A model generated the notes under the pieces. That model worked only from the letters and a program-made list of their open reading frames with translations, did not search any database and was not told the DNA's origin. A program made the position numbers and the translations under genes. Below, in pieces: positions 1 through 10,842 of a stretch of 64,000 nt of DNA (the stretch's first letter is position 1; each line of letters opens with the position of its first letter). This DNA comes from an uncultured Actinomycetota bacterium (GTDB lineage Bacteria; Actinomycetota; Actinomycetes; Propionibacteriales; Nocardioidaceae): contig CAVWFF010000036.1 in the NCBI GenBank assembly GCA_963754145.1, forward strand, positions 1,399-65,398, in the 5' to 3' direction.

Positions 1-37
1 AAGACCATTAGTTATTGTCGGGCGTGGAGGTGGTCCC

Positions 38-688
38 TTGTCATCGACCAAGACCCGGGCGGTGCGCGCGTCGGCCACGCTTGCGCTCCCGACGGCCGCG
101 CTGGGCGTCACCTTCGGGGTGCTGGCCGCCCCGGTCCTCGGTACGCTGCCGGCCATCGTGATGTCCGCCGTGGTGTGGTCGGGCGGCGCCCAGTTCGGCG
201 CGCTGACGGTGCTCACGGGAGGCGGAGGGGTCGGCCTCGCAGCAGGAACCGGGCTGTTGGCCAACGCTCGCTTTGTGCCGATGGGGATCGGCTTCGCCCC
301 GTCGCTGTCCGGTTCGCCTCTTCGTCGGGCACTGGCCGGGATACTGGTCGTCGATGCGTCCTTCGCCCTCGCCCACCAAGGTGAGGGCAGGTTCGACCCC
401 GAGGTCGTGGTGTGGTCGGCACCGCTGCAGTACCTCGGTTGGGTGCTCGGGACCATCGCCGGAGCCCTGGGCGCCTCGACGTTGGCAAGCCCGAACTCGT
501 TGGGACTCGACGTGCTCTTCCCGGTCTTCTACCTCGGACTGCTGGTCCCCGAGCTGCGTGCCGCAGGGCGTCCCCTCGCGGTGGCGGTGGCGGCCGCCGT
601 CGTGGCCTTGGTGCTGGTGCCGATCACGCCCGAAGGGGTGCCGGTCCTCGCCGCCGCAGCGACGGCACTGCTGGGGCTGAAGGGTTAG
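38..688 (+). CDS. azlC: AzlC-family branched-chain amino acid exporter permease
   Basis: Hydrophobic 216 aa ORF with AzlC motifs 'MSAVVWSGGAQF', 'LLANARF', 'VVDASFAL', 'WVLGTIAGA' and 'LGLDVLFPVFYLGLL'. Confidence 0.85.
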   Translation: MSSTKTRAVRASATLALPTAALGVTFGVLAAPVLGTLPAIVMSAVVWSGGAQFGALTVLTGGGGVGLAAGTGLLANARFVPMGIGFAPSLSGSPLRRALAGILVVDASFALAHQGEGRFDPEVVVWSAPLQYLGWVLGTIAGALGASTLASPNSLGLDVLFPVFYLGLLVPELRAAGRPLAVAVAAAVVALVLVPITPEGVPVLAAAATALLGLKG

Positions 689-690
689 CC

Positions 691-992
691 ATGACGTGGG
701 TTCTGGTCCTCGTCTTGGCGGCTGGGACCGTCGCACTGAAGGTGGTCGGCCCGCTCCTCGCCGGAGGGGCAGCCCCTCCGGCGGCGCTGACCCGGGTCAT
801 CGCCCTGCTGACACCGGCACTGCTCACCGGGCTCGTGGTCACCAGCACGTTCGCATCCAGCCACGGCCTGGTCATCGATGCGCGTGTCGCCGGCGTAGGG
901 CTGGGCCTCGGCCTGCTCCTGCTCCGGGCGCCGCTGGTGGTGGCACTGGTCGCCGCGCCGCCACCGTCGCCGTGATCCGGGTGCTGATCTGA
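691..992 (+). CDS. azlD: AzlD-family small membrane partner (3' indel)
   Basis: ATG lies 2 nt after the azlC stop. 'MTWVLVLVLAAGTVALKVVGP...LLTPALLTGLVV...IDARVAG' then continues in another frame as 'AATVAVIRVLI*'. Confidence 0.8.
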
Positions 993-1176
993 CCGTGGTT
1001 GACCGGACCCGCGGCCCGTTGTCCCCGACTCACCCGCGCGACCTGGCGCACTGTCCGGCATTCCGGTCACTGCCGCGCGCCGACAGCTGGAGGCTCGGAT
1101 TGCGACGTGTTCGACCGTGGCGACGACTCGCTCGAGCTCCGCGATGCGCCGGAGAGCGTCCTGTCGGAGCGCCTGC

Positions 1177-1481
1177 CTACTCCTCGGTCTCGAAGATTGC
1201 CTTGCGCTGGCGTGCCGTCGCCATGGCGGTCATGAAGAGTACGTCGTACTCCGGATCGTTCACCGGGATCTCGGCGATGACGTGCTCGTCCAGGACTGGG
1301 CGCCGCCGGGCGTGACCTTGTGCACCACCACTCTTGTGCGGCCGTTGACGTCGTAGTGGGCGGTGCGCCACTGACCGGCGGCCACTGCCGGGGGTCCCGG
1401 TCTGCTCTGCAGTGCCCGGATCACTGCATACAGCAGCAGGCCCATCGCCCCCACGATCAGCAGACCCTCCAACATCGCCAT
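1177..1481 (-). CDS. Small membrane-anchored hypothetical protein (one frameshift)
   Basis: N-terminal TM segment 'MAMLEGLLIVGAMGLLLYAVIRAL' (ORF 1260..1481) joins 'VLDEHVIAEIPVNDPEYDVLFMTAMATARQRKAIFETEE' (ORF 1177..1584). Confidence 0.6.
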
Positions 1482-1621
1482 GGCGCCATTGTCCCAGCCC
1501 GCCGAAACGGCTCATCCCTGTCGATCGCGCCGAGTGCCGCTCGCCGCGCACGCTGGGCACGGATCGAAGCCAGTCCCGACGCACGGGTGCCGGCGGCGGC
1601 GTGGTGGCCTATCGTCGGCAC

Positions 1622-2432
1622 ATGATCAACGTCTGTTTCGCCGGTATCACCGGCTGGACTGCTCCGCCCATTGTTCGGGCGATCGGTGCGGCGGACGATC
1701 TCGTGCTGACGGCGGGCGTTTCGCGTTCGGCGGCCGGGCGGAGCCTGGAAGGAATGGGTGCATCGAGCACAGGGGTCGTCCACGCGAGCGTTACCGAGGC
1801 GTTGGAGGCTGCCGCGGTCGACGTGCTGGTGGACTACACCAGCGCCACCGCGGTGAGGGACAACGTCCTTGCCGCCGTCGACGCAGGCGTACACGTGGTG
1901 GTTGGGTCCAGCGGCTTGACCGCCGAGGACTACGTCGAGCTCGATCGGCGTGCTCGACGGCAAGGCGTGGGCGTCTTCGCGGCCGGCAACTTCTCGATCA
2001 TGGCCGCGGTCCTGCAGCGCGCCGCCCAGATGGCCGCGCAGCACCTCGACTCCTGGGAGATCCTCGACTACGCCAGCGACACCAAGGCCGACGTTCCCAG
2101 CGGGACCGCCCGCGAGCTGGCCGAGACGCTCGGTCAGATCCGTGATCCGCGGACCGCGGTGCCACTCGGGGATGCTCCACGGGCCGGTCGAGGCCCGGGG
2201 CGCCGAGGTGGCTGGCTCGCGTGTCCACTCCGTGCGGCTGCCCAGTTTCGTGGTCAGCACCGAGATTGTCTTCGGGGGCCAAGGTGAGCGGCTCGTGATG
2301 CGCCACGACCCGGGGCTGACCCCCGACCCCTACGTCGAGGGGACGCTTCTGGCGATTCGCAAGGTCGCGGATGCGCTCGGGGTGCGGCGAGGTCTGAGCA
2401 CGCTCCTGTTCGACCCTCCGACCTTGCCCTGA
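1622..2432 (+). CDS. dapB: DapB-like (dihydrodipicolinate reductase family) oxidoreductase, divergent, frameshift near 2170
   Basis: 'VLVDYTSA', 'VVVGSSG', 'AGNFSI', 'KADVPSGTA', then second frame 'ARGAEVAGSRVHSVRLP...PYVEGTLLAIRKV'. TATCGT -10 lies 6 nt before the ATG. Confidence 0.8.
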
Positions 2433-2544
2433 CCGACGGCAGCCCGGTGGCTTCGTCGTATCCGCCTTTCAGAGGGCGAAGAATCGCGGTGCGTGCGGGC
2501 AAGACGGATTGTGATACGCGGTCGATGACTCTTGATGCGCCAGG

Positions 2545-3108
2545 TCAGTCGGGTGGACCATCCAGTACCCGGGGCACGAACTCCATCATCTGCAGTCGGC
2601 CGTCGAAGGTGCGGTGGTCGACCGTCTCGAGGGAGACGTCCGGCCACCCGGCGTAGAAATGCTCGCGGCCGGACGCTCCGTTGACCACCGGGAAGACAAC
2701 CACCCGGAACCGGTCCACCAGTCCGGCGGTCAGCAACGACCGGCACAGACTGAGGCTGCCGATCGTGCGCAGGGAGGTGTCGCCGTCCTGTTTCATTCCG
2801 CGGACCACCTCCACCGCGTCACCGGAGACGAGACGGGTGTTCGCCCAGGCGAGCGGCTCTTCCAATGTGGAGGAAAACACGATCTTGTCCATGTCGGTCA
2901 GCGCGCCCATGTCCTCCTGGCCGGAGTCGACGAACCCGGCGAACAGGCGGTAGGTAGTGGCGCCCATCAGCGAGGTGTACGTGCCGGCGCCGTCCTCGTC
3001 GAGCCAAGCGAAGTACTCGGGGCCGCCCATCCCCCACAAGCCCGGCCAGCCCTCCGCCGACGAGAAGCCGTCCAGCGAGGTGATGACGTCGACCATGAGC
3101 TCCGGCAT
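2545..3108 (-). CDS. Dihydrofolate reductase / RibD C-terminal domain protein
   Basis: 'VDVITSLDGF', 'LMGATTY', 'KIVFSSTL', 'IGSLSLCRSLLTAGLVDRFRVVVFPVVNG'. Confidence 0.85.
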   Translation of the reverse strand: MPELMVDVITSLDGFSSAEGWPGLWGMGGPEYFAWLDEDGAGTYTSLMGATTYRLFAGFVDSGQEDMGALTDMDKIVFSSTLEEPLAWANTRLVSGDAVEVVRGMKQDGDTSLRTIGSLSLCRSLLTAGLVDRFRVVVFPVVNGASGREHFYAGWPDVSLETVDHRTFDGRLQMMEFVPRVLDGPPD

Positions 3109-3254
3109 GGTTCTGCTCCTCCCTAGTGGTCCTGCGACCTTGCCCGAGCAAGGGCGGCGGGCTCGAACGTACTCGACGGGTGGCCGTCCCCGTGAGCACA
3201 GGACGCCACCACCGGCTGAGCAAGCCCAGGTCAGGGTGCTGACATGCGCCTTCC

Positions 3255-4274
3255 TCATTCTGCGTGGTCGAAGAGGCGAAGCAGCAGGCGGCGGTTCCGC
3301 GCAGGCCAGAGGAGGTCGCGGAACTGGTCGACCGGACCGACGGGCCATCTTTCGGCAATGCTCACTACGGCCGGATCCTGGATCTCGGCCCGCAGTAGAC
3401 CCGGGATGTCTGCCCAGGCGACCTTGAACGGCCGGTTCCACATTCGCTCGACGTGGGTGGAGACAGGCTCGGTGAGCCGCAACCCGTTGTGCATCGCCGC
3501 CAGCTTCTCGTAGGCCGCCATCAGCGCAACCTCGCGTTGCTGCCAGGTCTCGACCTGAAGGACCTTCCTCAGGATTGGTGACAACTCGGGCCCGCACTCC
3601 AGCCGGGAGAACGCCGTACCGAACCACTTCGAGTACGGCGCGTACTGACGTTCCATCAGAAAGCAGAGCCGCATCAGGTCCGACACGAGCCGCGATCCGA
3701 TCAGCGCCGATCCCAGCTCATCTCCTACCGAGCCGGCCCTGCCCACGAGGTTGGCTTCGGGGTGGACGCGCCACCAGCCGGCCACCAGCAGATAGAGCCA
3801 AACGTCGCGCGGGTAGTAGGCGAGGCGGTCGCGGACGGCCTGCAGGCCGACCTCGTCGTGATAGACCGCGCCCGCGGTGAACGTCCGGAGTGCCTGCTCC
3901 GGGAAAGTGAGCCAGTCGCGCGCCTCGAGCTCCCCGTAGACGTCGACGGCCAGCCGCTCCCTAAAGTAGCCACGCACCGTATGGATCTCATGATCGACCG
4001 GACGACCCCGAAACCGCGGTGGCAGCTCTCTCCGCAAACTGTCGCCGACGGCCCCGCCGTGACGAGCCTGGTCCGCCTCGCCCAGGAAGAGCAGAACCCG
4101 CGGCTTCCAGTCGTGATCGGTCGACATCTCGTCGTCGAAGCCGAGCACCTCGGACCCGCGACCGAGTAGTGCCGCACTGTGGGGGAGACCAGGAAACCTG
4201 GCATCGAGGATCGGCTGGACGAGCTCAGCGTAGAACTGCCGGCTCAGTTCGAGCCCGGGAACAAACGCAGACAC
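3255..4274 (-). CDS. DUF4037-domain protein (nucleotidyltransferase-like N-terminus)
   Basis: 'GLELSRQFY', 'LLGRGSEVLGFDDEMSTDHDW', 'TAGAVYHD', 'LAYYPRDVW', 'YAPYSKWFG'. Confidence 0.75.
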   Translation of the reverse strand: MSAFVPGLELSRQFYAELVQPILDARFPGLPHSAALLGRGSEVLGFDDEMSTDHDWKPRVLLFLGEADQARHGGAVGDSLRRELPPRFRGRPVDHEIHTVRGYFRERLAVDVYGELEARDWLTFPEQALRTFTAGAVYHDEVGLQAVRDRLAYYPRDVWLYLLVAGWWRVHPEANLVGRAGSVGDELGSALIGSRLVSDLMRLCFLMERQYAPYSKWFGTAFSRLECGPELSPILRKVLQVETWQQREVALMAAYEKLAAMHNGLRLTEPVSTHVERMWNRPFKVAWADIPGLLRAEIQDPAVVSIAERWPVGPVDQFRDLLWPARNRRLLLRLFDHAE

Positions 4275-4467
4275 GAGCAGCAACCTCCTCGACACCAGTC
4301 TGGAATGAAAGCCCGGGTCGCCGTACGGCAGAAATGCGAAAGCGTGATCCGCTGTGCCGGCGAGCAGCATCCAGCTTGGTGAACCTGGAGGTCGCGGCCA
4401 TGCGCGAGGCCTCCTGAGGTGACTGGGCTGACCGCGTGTGTAGGACAGACGACTGTGCGATGAGTCC

Positions 4468-7352
4468 TCACTCCTCGAGGAGACCAGAGCGCAGGGCGAC
4501 CCTCGTTGCCTCAGTGCGGTTGGCGACCCCGAGCTTGGCGATGATCCGTGACACGTGGACACTCACCGTCTTGGGCGACATGAACAGCGCGGACCCTATC
4601 TGAGCGTTGGTCTGGCCTTGCGCGACAAGGCGGAGCACCTCGGTTTCACGAGCCGTGAGCGGCGACAGGCCTTTCGCGTGCGCCTCCGGGCGCGCGACAT
4701 CGAGGCGGAGCCGACCCGCAAGCGCCAGGCTCCTTGCCTGGTCAGCCAGCGGCGCGGCACCGAGGTGCTCCGCGGTCTTCAGGACGAGGCGCAGCTGCCC
4801 CGCGGCATCCTCGGGGCGTCGGTCCTGCAGGTGCCGGCGTGCGAGATCTAGCCGGCACTTCGCGGTGTGCGGCACGTGCTCGATGTCGTCCCATGCGTTC
4901 ACCGCGCGCTCCCAGCTAGCCGCGTTGTCGAGTCCGCCGACCCTGGCGGACAGTGCGTCAAGCTCGGCGCCCCAGGCTTCCCCGAGCCGGCCCTGGCTCG
5001 GCACCCGTTCGGCCGCGGCGCGCACGGCCTCTAGCCAACCCTCCGGAACCGACCCTGGGTGATCACCCGCAAGTCTGGCCGCGAGGAGCACCGCCTGGTA
5101 GGTGATCCACGAAGCCTGCTCAAGCGTCGGCATCTGGAGAAGCTCAAGCAGTTGCTGCCACGCGCGGCCCACGCGCCCTTGTGCGAGCGTCAGGCCGACC
5201 GCGGCGATTCGGGGGGCGGCGTAGAGGGCGGGGAGGGCGCTCGTGGTCGGGCTGACGCAGCCGAAGGCGATCTCTGCATGGCGTTCCGCCTCGGCCAGGT
5301 CACCGCGGGCCACGTCGATGTCCATCAGCAGAGCGGCGGCCTCGGAGATCGATCCGTCGGTAGTCGGCGGGTCGAGCTGCGGGATTGCCAGCTCGCGGCA
5401 GCGGTCCCATTCGCCGAGCGCGAACCAGATCGGAGCAACCTGGGCGACGGCGAACATCCAGCCAAGTCCGCCGGCCGCCTTGCCCTGCAACATCCGCAGG
5501 GCCTCGTCCGCGGCGACGGCGGCCGCCCGGTACTCGCCCGTGGCTTGCAGGAACCAGCCCAACTCGGCCGTCGCGCGCGCGAACTGGATGGAGCCTCGCA
5601 GGGAGCGGCGAGAGAGCCGGGAGAGTCGGGTGCGCGCGAGCTCGATGGCCCTGTTGGGGTCGCCGTCGCGCTGTGCTCGCTCGGCCTGCAGGCTCAGCGA
5701 CCATTCCGGTTCAGCCTCTGGCCCCTCGCGCTGCAGCTGCGCCTTGTCGATCCTGTCCACGATCTGCGCGAAGGTGCGCGAGGACGTCTGGTAGGTGGTG
5801 TGGGCGAGAAAGCTCAGGCTGCTGACGACCAGGTCGTCCTCCAACGGTGCTTCACACAGCATCTCGACCGTTTCGTCGATCTCCTCGGGAGCCACGGCGA
5901 GCTGATAGGCGACACCCGCATCCCGGAGCACGCGGGCTCGGACGAGCCGACCCCACATGGTGATGACAGGGTCGGCGGGGACGGTGCGGGACACCTCGCG
6001 CTCGGCCAGCGCGGCGACGCGCTGCCCAGTCCGCGGTCAGCGCCACCGCGTTGGAGCCGCGGGTCAGAGCGAAGCGCCGGCTGACTCCAGCCAGCTGCTC
6101 GGGGTCGTCGACGACCCACCACAGATCGAGCACGCGGCGGTAGTGCAACGCCGCCTCGAACGGAGCGGACAGCGCGAGAGCCTTCTCGCCGGCCCGGACT
6201 GCGCCGGGCAGGGCCCGCTCGGCCTCACCAGCCTCGTACCAGTGGTGGGCGGCCGCCACGAGGTCGTCGTGGAGCTCCTCGGCCCACGCTCGGTGCCAGG
6301 CCTGCCGGTCGTCTGGGAACAGGGCCTGAACCACCGCCTCGCGGAGCAGCGCGTGATGGAACCGCACAGACTGGGCGCCGTCGCTCGGTTCCATGACACC
6401 GGCGCGGACCGCGTCGCCGAGCGCGTCGGCCACGGCCCGACGGTCTAGCCGGGTCACCGCAGTGAGTCGTGCTGTGGTTAGGCGGCCGTCACCGACCGCG
6501 GCGGCGTCGAGCACCCGCCGGGTGGTCGCATCCATGCCCTCCAGGCGGAGGGCCAGGTTGAGCCGGTCCAGCGCGGTGTCGCCCGTCGTGGCCGGGCCGT
6601 TCACCAGCTCCTCGACGTAGAGCGGGACTCCATCGCCGAGCCGATGCACCCGGGCCAGTGTCTCGGTGTCCGGCGGTCGGCCGAGCAGGGCAGCGGTCTG
6701 CTGTTCGACGGCCGCACGGTCAAGCGGGCCGAGCCACAGGTGCTGCCCGACCGGCCGGCGGGTGAGCTCGGCAACCTGGCGGGCGACGAGGCGGCCTTCG
6801 CGGCGCACGCGGCCGGGTCGTGACGACCAGTAGCACCGCAACGTCTGCGACGGTCTTGGCCAGGTAGGTGAGCAAGTCAACCGACGCGACGTCGGCCCAG
6901 TGCAGGTCCTCGACGATCAGGCACAGCGCATGTTGACGTGCCGCTCCTTCAACCAGCGCCCGGCACGCCGGGTAGACGGCGAGACGGTCCAAGGACCCGT
7001 CGGTGCCGTGGAGGGCGGGTGGGACGAGCGGTCCCAGACCCGCTGCGTGGGGGCCCAGGAGCTGGCCGATGTGTTCGTCGCCGAGTAGACGCACGAGGGC
7101 TTGGACGAGCTCCGCGGCGACTCCGTAGGGGACAGCGCCCTCGGCCAGGTCGATCCCGTGCCCAGTCACCGTCACCCAGCCCGGGCCAAGGTCGGCGGCC
7201 AGCTCGAGCACCAGGCGGCTCTTGCCGATGCCTGGCTCTCCCTCGACCACGACCGTGACTGGCTCCCCGGCTCGTGCACGCTGTGCCGCGGCCCTCAGCG
7301 CAGCGAGCTCGCCGGCTCGACCGACGAGGACGCTCCTGAACCCAGCCGCCAT
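4468..7352 (-). CDS. Large AAA-ATPase/TPR/LuxR (LAL/STAND-type) transcriptional regulator, split by about 2-3 indels
   Basis: 'LVGRAGEL', Walker A 'GEPGIGKS', Walker B 'IVEDLHWAD', 'GDGVPLYVEEL', 'FHHALLREAV', and C-terminal LuxR HTH 'LTARETEVLRLVAQGQTNAQIGSALFMSPKTVSVHVSRIIAKLG'. Confidence 0.88.
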
Positions 7353-7455
7353 GGAGCCATGGTCGCCGACCCGGGCGCCGTTGTCCCCTTTGGAGACTGT
7401 GAGTAAGGCGATCTCCCGATGTGCGCGCCGCCGTCTTAGCAGCAACGTGTCGCCC

Positions 7456-8073
7456 ATGACCAGCACTCCCCGCCGCCGCGCCGCCATCGTTGCCTCGGTC
7501 ACCGCACTCGCCCTCATGCTCGCGGGCGCCCTGGTCGCTACCCAGGGCGCCGCCGCCGGTGCCCCCAGCGGCGTAGCCGTGGCGAAGCCGCGGCCTCCCC
7601 GCCCGAGCGGATCGGCCACTCAAACCTCGACCCCGACCCCGACCCCCAGCCCGGCCCCGACCTCAAGCCCTGCCGCACCCAACCCCGCGCCGACCGGCAG
7701 CACGGCGTCACCAAGCATCGAGACGGCCTGCACCGCCGCCCCGGTTCAGTTCGCCGGAGAGGGGTACTGCCCGGCGCATCTTTCCTACGTGCGCGCCACC
7801 GCGTACGGGCTCGGTCATCGCGTCGTTCTGCAGGGAGTTCAAGTCACCGCGGTCAACGGCGCCACGATCACCGTCGAAGGTGGCTCGCCGTGCTACCCGG
7901 CCGACACCTTCTGCGGTGCCACCCTGGCGGCGGTCCCGGTGACGTTCCCCGCGGGTGTCCGAATGCCGTCGTACGGCGACTTCGTGAACGTCTACGGAGT
8001 CACCGCCGCCGGGAGCCTGAACGCGGTCGGTCACGAGTTCCTGTTCTGGTGCGACCCGAGTTGGGCTTGCTAG
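7456..8073 (+). CDS. Secreted hypothetical protein with Pro/Thr linker and Cys-rich C-terminal domain
   Basis: Signal peptide 'MTSTPRRRAAIVASVTALALMLAGALVATQGAAA', PTPTP linker, and 6 Cys in the C-terminal ~115 aa. Confidence 0.65.
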   Translation: MTSTPRRRAAIVASVTALALMLAGALVATQGAAAGAPSGVAVAKPRPPRPSGSATQTSTPTPTPSPAPTSSPAAPNPAPTGSTASPSIETACTAAPVQFAGEGYCPAHLSYVRATAYGLGHRVVLQGVQVTAVNGATITVEGGSPCYPADTFCGATLAAVPVTFPAGVRMPSYGDFVNVYGVTAAGSLNAVGHEFLFWCDPSWAC

Positions 8074-8218
8074 CCCACGACAGGTATGCACTGCCGGGGG
8101 AGGCACCATCAGGGCGTGGGCGGCAGGGACACCCACGCCCTGATGGCCGGCATGGAGTGACTCGCCAGGCACCTCGACGCGCTGATGCGGAATCCCGACC
8201 CGCGGGCACCGTCCCACC

Positions 8219-8460
8219 ATGCGGCTGATCGCCACCCGAACCCGCCGCACCCGCCCCGAGGCCGCGCTCCCACGTCCCTTCTGGGTCGTGTGGGCAGCGG
8301 CCACCGTCTCGTTCCTCGGCGACGTGAGCTGGTCGACGGGTTGCGCTACCTGGTCGGGCACAGGCTACTGCGGACCCTGGCCCTGCCGCTGGCCGCGATC
8401 AATGCAGCATCCAGCTGCGTGTACGCAGCCGCTGCATCCTTGCTGCGTCTAACGCTGAAT
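8219..8460 (+). pseudogene. Internally deleted MFS transporter remnant
   Basis: MFS N-terminus 'LPRPFWVVWAAATVSFLGD' is joined directly to the mid-protein segment 'ELVDGLRYLVGHRLLRTLALPLAAINAASS'. The rest of the protein is missing. Confidence 0.6.
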
Positions 8461-8519
8461 GCGACGGGCCTGACCGCACCCGCCAGGAGGCCAGTCAGGC
8501 CTCATCCGTCTCTCGCTCC

Positions 8520-8846
8520 TCAGGTGGAGACCGCGAGCTCGCCCAGCTCGGACCAGTCGGTGCCTGGCACGCTCGCGTTGACGATCCGCGGCGTCTCGGC
8601 CAGGTAGGACGGCAGCTCCTGCTGCGCCGTCGCGAAGTGCTCGGACCGGACGTGTGCGCCGCCAGCGTCCTCGTCGGCAAAGGCCTCCACGAGCACGTAC
8701 TCGTTCGGGTCGTCGAGGCTGCGAGACCAGTCGAACCATAGGCAGCCCGGCTCGGCGCGCGTGGCCTCGGTGAACGACCGAGAGATCTCGGGCCACGCCT
8801 CGGCGTGCTCGGGCTTGGTGCGGAACTTTGCGGTGATGAAGATCAA
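8520..8846 (-). CDS. Putative quinol monooxygenase (ABM domain)
   Basis: 'MIFITAKF...FTEATRAEPGCLWFDWSRSLDDPNEYVLVEAF...AHVRSEHF'. Confidence 0.88.
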   Translation of the reverse strand: MIFITAKFRTKPEHAEAWPEISRSFTEATRAEPGCLWFDWSRSLDDPNEYVLVEAFADEDAGGAHVRSEHFATAQQELPSYLAETPRIVNASVPGTDWSELGELAVST

Positions 8847-9093
8847 CCGGGTCTCCTCGCGTGGGTGGGTGCGTTGGAACGGGTCGGTGGGCCAGCCGCC
8901 AGAGCGTCAAGGATGCCACGGCCGCGCAGCCACGGGTCTGAACGCTCAGGAGTTCTCGGCGGGTGGCGAGGTCCTTCTGGGCGCACCTTCGCGGCTGGAT
9001 TGACGCGCCTCGACCGGCGCTGGATTCGCGGCACAGCGTGGAGTCCGAGCCCCCACCGCTGACCTGAAGACTCCTGACTGACAGGCTGTACCG

Positions 9094-10133
9094 GTGCGCG
9101 CCGTCGTCCTGGATGCCGTTCGAGCCCAGCCCGAGGTTCGGGAGGTAGCCGAGCCCGCGGCCCCGGTCCGCGGGGTTGTGGTCCGGGTGATGGCCACCGG
9201 AGTGTGCCGCAGCGATTGGCACGCGTGGGCGGGCCATGAGGAGATCGTCTTCCCGCACGTGCCGGGTCATGAACTTGCCGGGGTGGTGGTCGAGGTCGGT
9301 GAGCAGGTCAGCCGATGGCGGGTCGGCGATCGGGTGACGGTCCCGTTCGTCTGCGGCTGCGGTCGGTGCGAGTGGTGTCGGGCCGGGGACGCTCAGGTCT
9401 GTCCGGCTCAACAGCAGCCAGGCTTCACCCACTGGGGATCGTTCGCCGAGTACGCCGCCCTGCACGATGCAGACACGAATCTGGTGGGCCTCCCGGAGCA
9501 GGTCGACTTCGCCGCCGCGGCGAGTCTCGGATGCCGGTTCGCCACGGCGTACCGCGCCCTGGTCGGCCGTGCACGGGTCACCGAGGGAGAGTGGGTGACC
9601 GTGGTCGGTGCCGGCGGCGTGGGACTGAGCGTGGTCATGATCGCCCGTGCGCTCGGTGCCCGGGTGGTCGCGGTGGACCGGAATCCCGAGGCGCTCGCTG
9701 TCGCCTCCGAGCTCGGCGCGGAGCACACTGTGCGGGCCGACGGCAGCGACATCCCGGGGGCGGTCGCCGACCTCACGCGCGGCGGCAGTCACGTCAGCGT
9801 CGATGCGGTAGGCGGCGAGCAAGCCTGTGCTGATGCGATCCTCAGCCTTCGCCGTCGGGGTCGCCATGTCCAGGTCGGGCTACTGCCGCCGGTCGACGGT
9901 CACCCCCGGCAGTACCGATGGCTCGGGTGATCGGCTGGGAACTCGATCTCCTGGGAAGTCACGGGATGGCCGCGGCCGACTACCCGGCCATGCTCGCGCT
10001 CATCGAGCAAGGCATCCTTCAGCCGCAACGGTTGATCGAACGCACAATCGGACTCGACGATGCGGCCGCGCTGCTGCCCCGCTTCGATCGGGCGACTGTC
10101 GCAGGCATGACCATGGTCGACCCCACGCGTTGA
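9094..10133 (+). CDS. Zinc-dependent alcohol dehydrogenase (MDR family), frameshift near 9915
   Basis: 'GVCRSDWH', 'PGHELAG', structural Zn site 'CGCGRCEWC...C', 'GAGGVG'. C-terminus is in ORF 9918..10133. Confidence 0.9.
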
Positions 10134-10842
10134 CCGAGTGCTCACAGGGCCTCTGAAGAGGCGGGGATCGCGGGCTGCTCACCCACGGACCTGACCCAGT
10201 CAGTACTTTGCCGCTGCGCTCATGCACCTTGGTCGCCGTACACAGAAATACTCCGAACTCGCGGTCATTCTTGAGAATGGTCGTGGCGTCGACGAAGCTG
10301 ACGTCGCCGAATCCGGCGCGGGCCAGCTGCTCGGTAAGGCGTTGCCTGTCAAATCCGTGATGTCCGTCGAAGTCGACCTTGTCGGCGTGGAAGGCGCCGT
10401 CGGGATCTTCGTCGAGGTCCGCGATCAACAGCCGACCACCGTGCACCAGGAGCCCCGCCACGGACCGCAACAGTCCATCCAGGTTCTGCACGTGGTGCAA
10501 CGCCATGGAGCTCCACACCACGTCGTAGGCCCCATCGAGCCGGTCTGTCGTCAGGTCTGCCTGAACAGCGCGCAGGCGGTCACTGAGCCCGGCCGCCTTG
10601 ATCCGCTCCCGTGCGACCTGCACCATTCCGGCGGAGGGGTCGGTCACGACAACGGAGCCGACCAGGTCGGCAAGCAAGATGCTCAGGCGACCGGTGCCAC
10701 CGCCAATGTCAACGGCGCTCATCCGAGGGCTGAGGTCCACGGCCTCCTTGATGGCCTGGGCCACCGCCAACTGCCGCTTCTCGTGGCCGGGGTCGTCGTC
10801 CCACGTGGCTGCCTCGTCGTCGAATCGCTTGTGTTCGTGCAC
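10000..10842 (-). CDS. Class I SAM-dependent methyltransferase (true stop probably near 10200)
   Basis: 'FDDEAATWDD', 'VDIGGGTG', 'YDVVWSSMALHHV', 'GGRLLIADLD...FH...HHGFDR'. TAGGGT -10 lies just upstream of GTG 10842. Confidence 0.85.
   Translation of the reverse strand: MHEHKRFDDEAATWDDDPGHEKRQLAVAQAIKEAVDLSPRMSAVDIGGGTGRLSILLADLVGSVVVTDPSAGMVQVARERIKAAGLSDRLRAVQADLTTDRLDGAYDVVWSSMALHHVQNLDGLLRSVAGLLVHGGRLLIADLDEDPDGAFHADKVDFDGHHGFDRQRLTEQLARAGFGDVSFVDATTILKNDREFGVFLCTATKVHERSGKVLTGSGPWVSSPRSPPLQRPCEHSVNAWGRPWSCLRQSPDRSGAAARPHRRVRLCVRSTVAAEGCLAR

Noticed and set aside
4300-4380. Riboswitch-like GNRA hairpin upstream of the DUF4037 gene
   Set aside because: It is on the opposite strand to the gene and does not match any consensus I can support.
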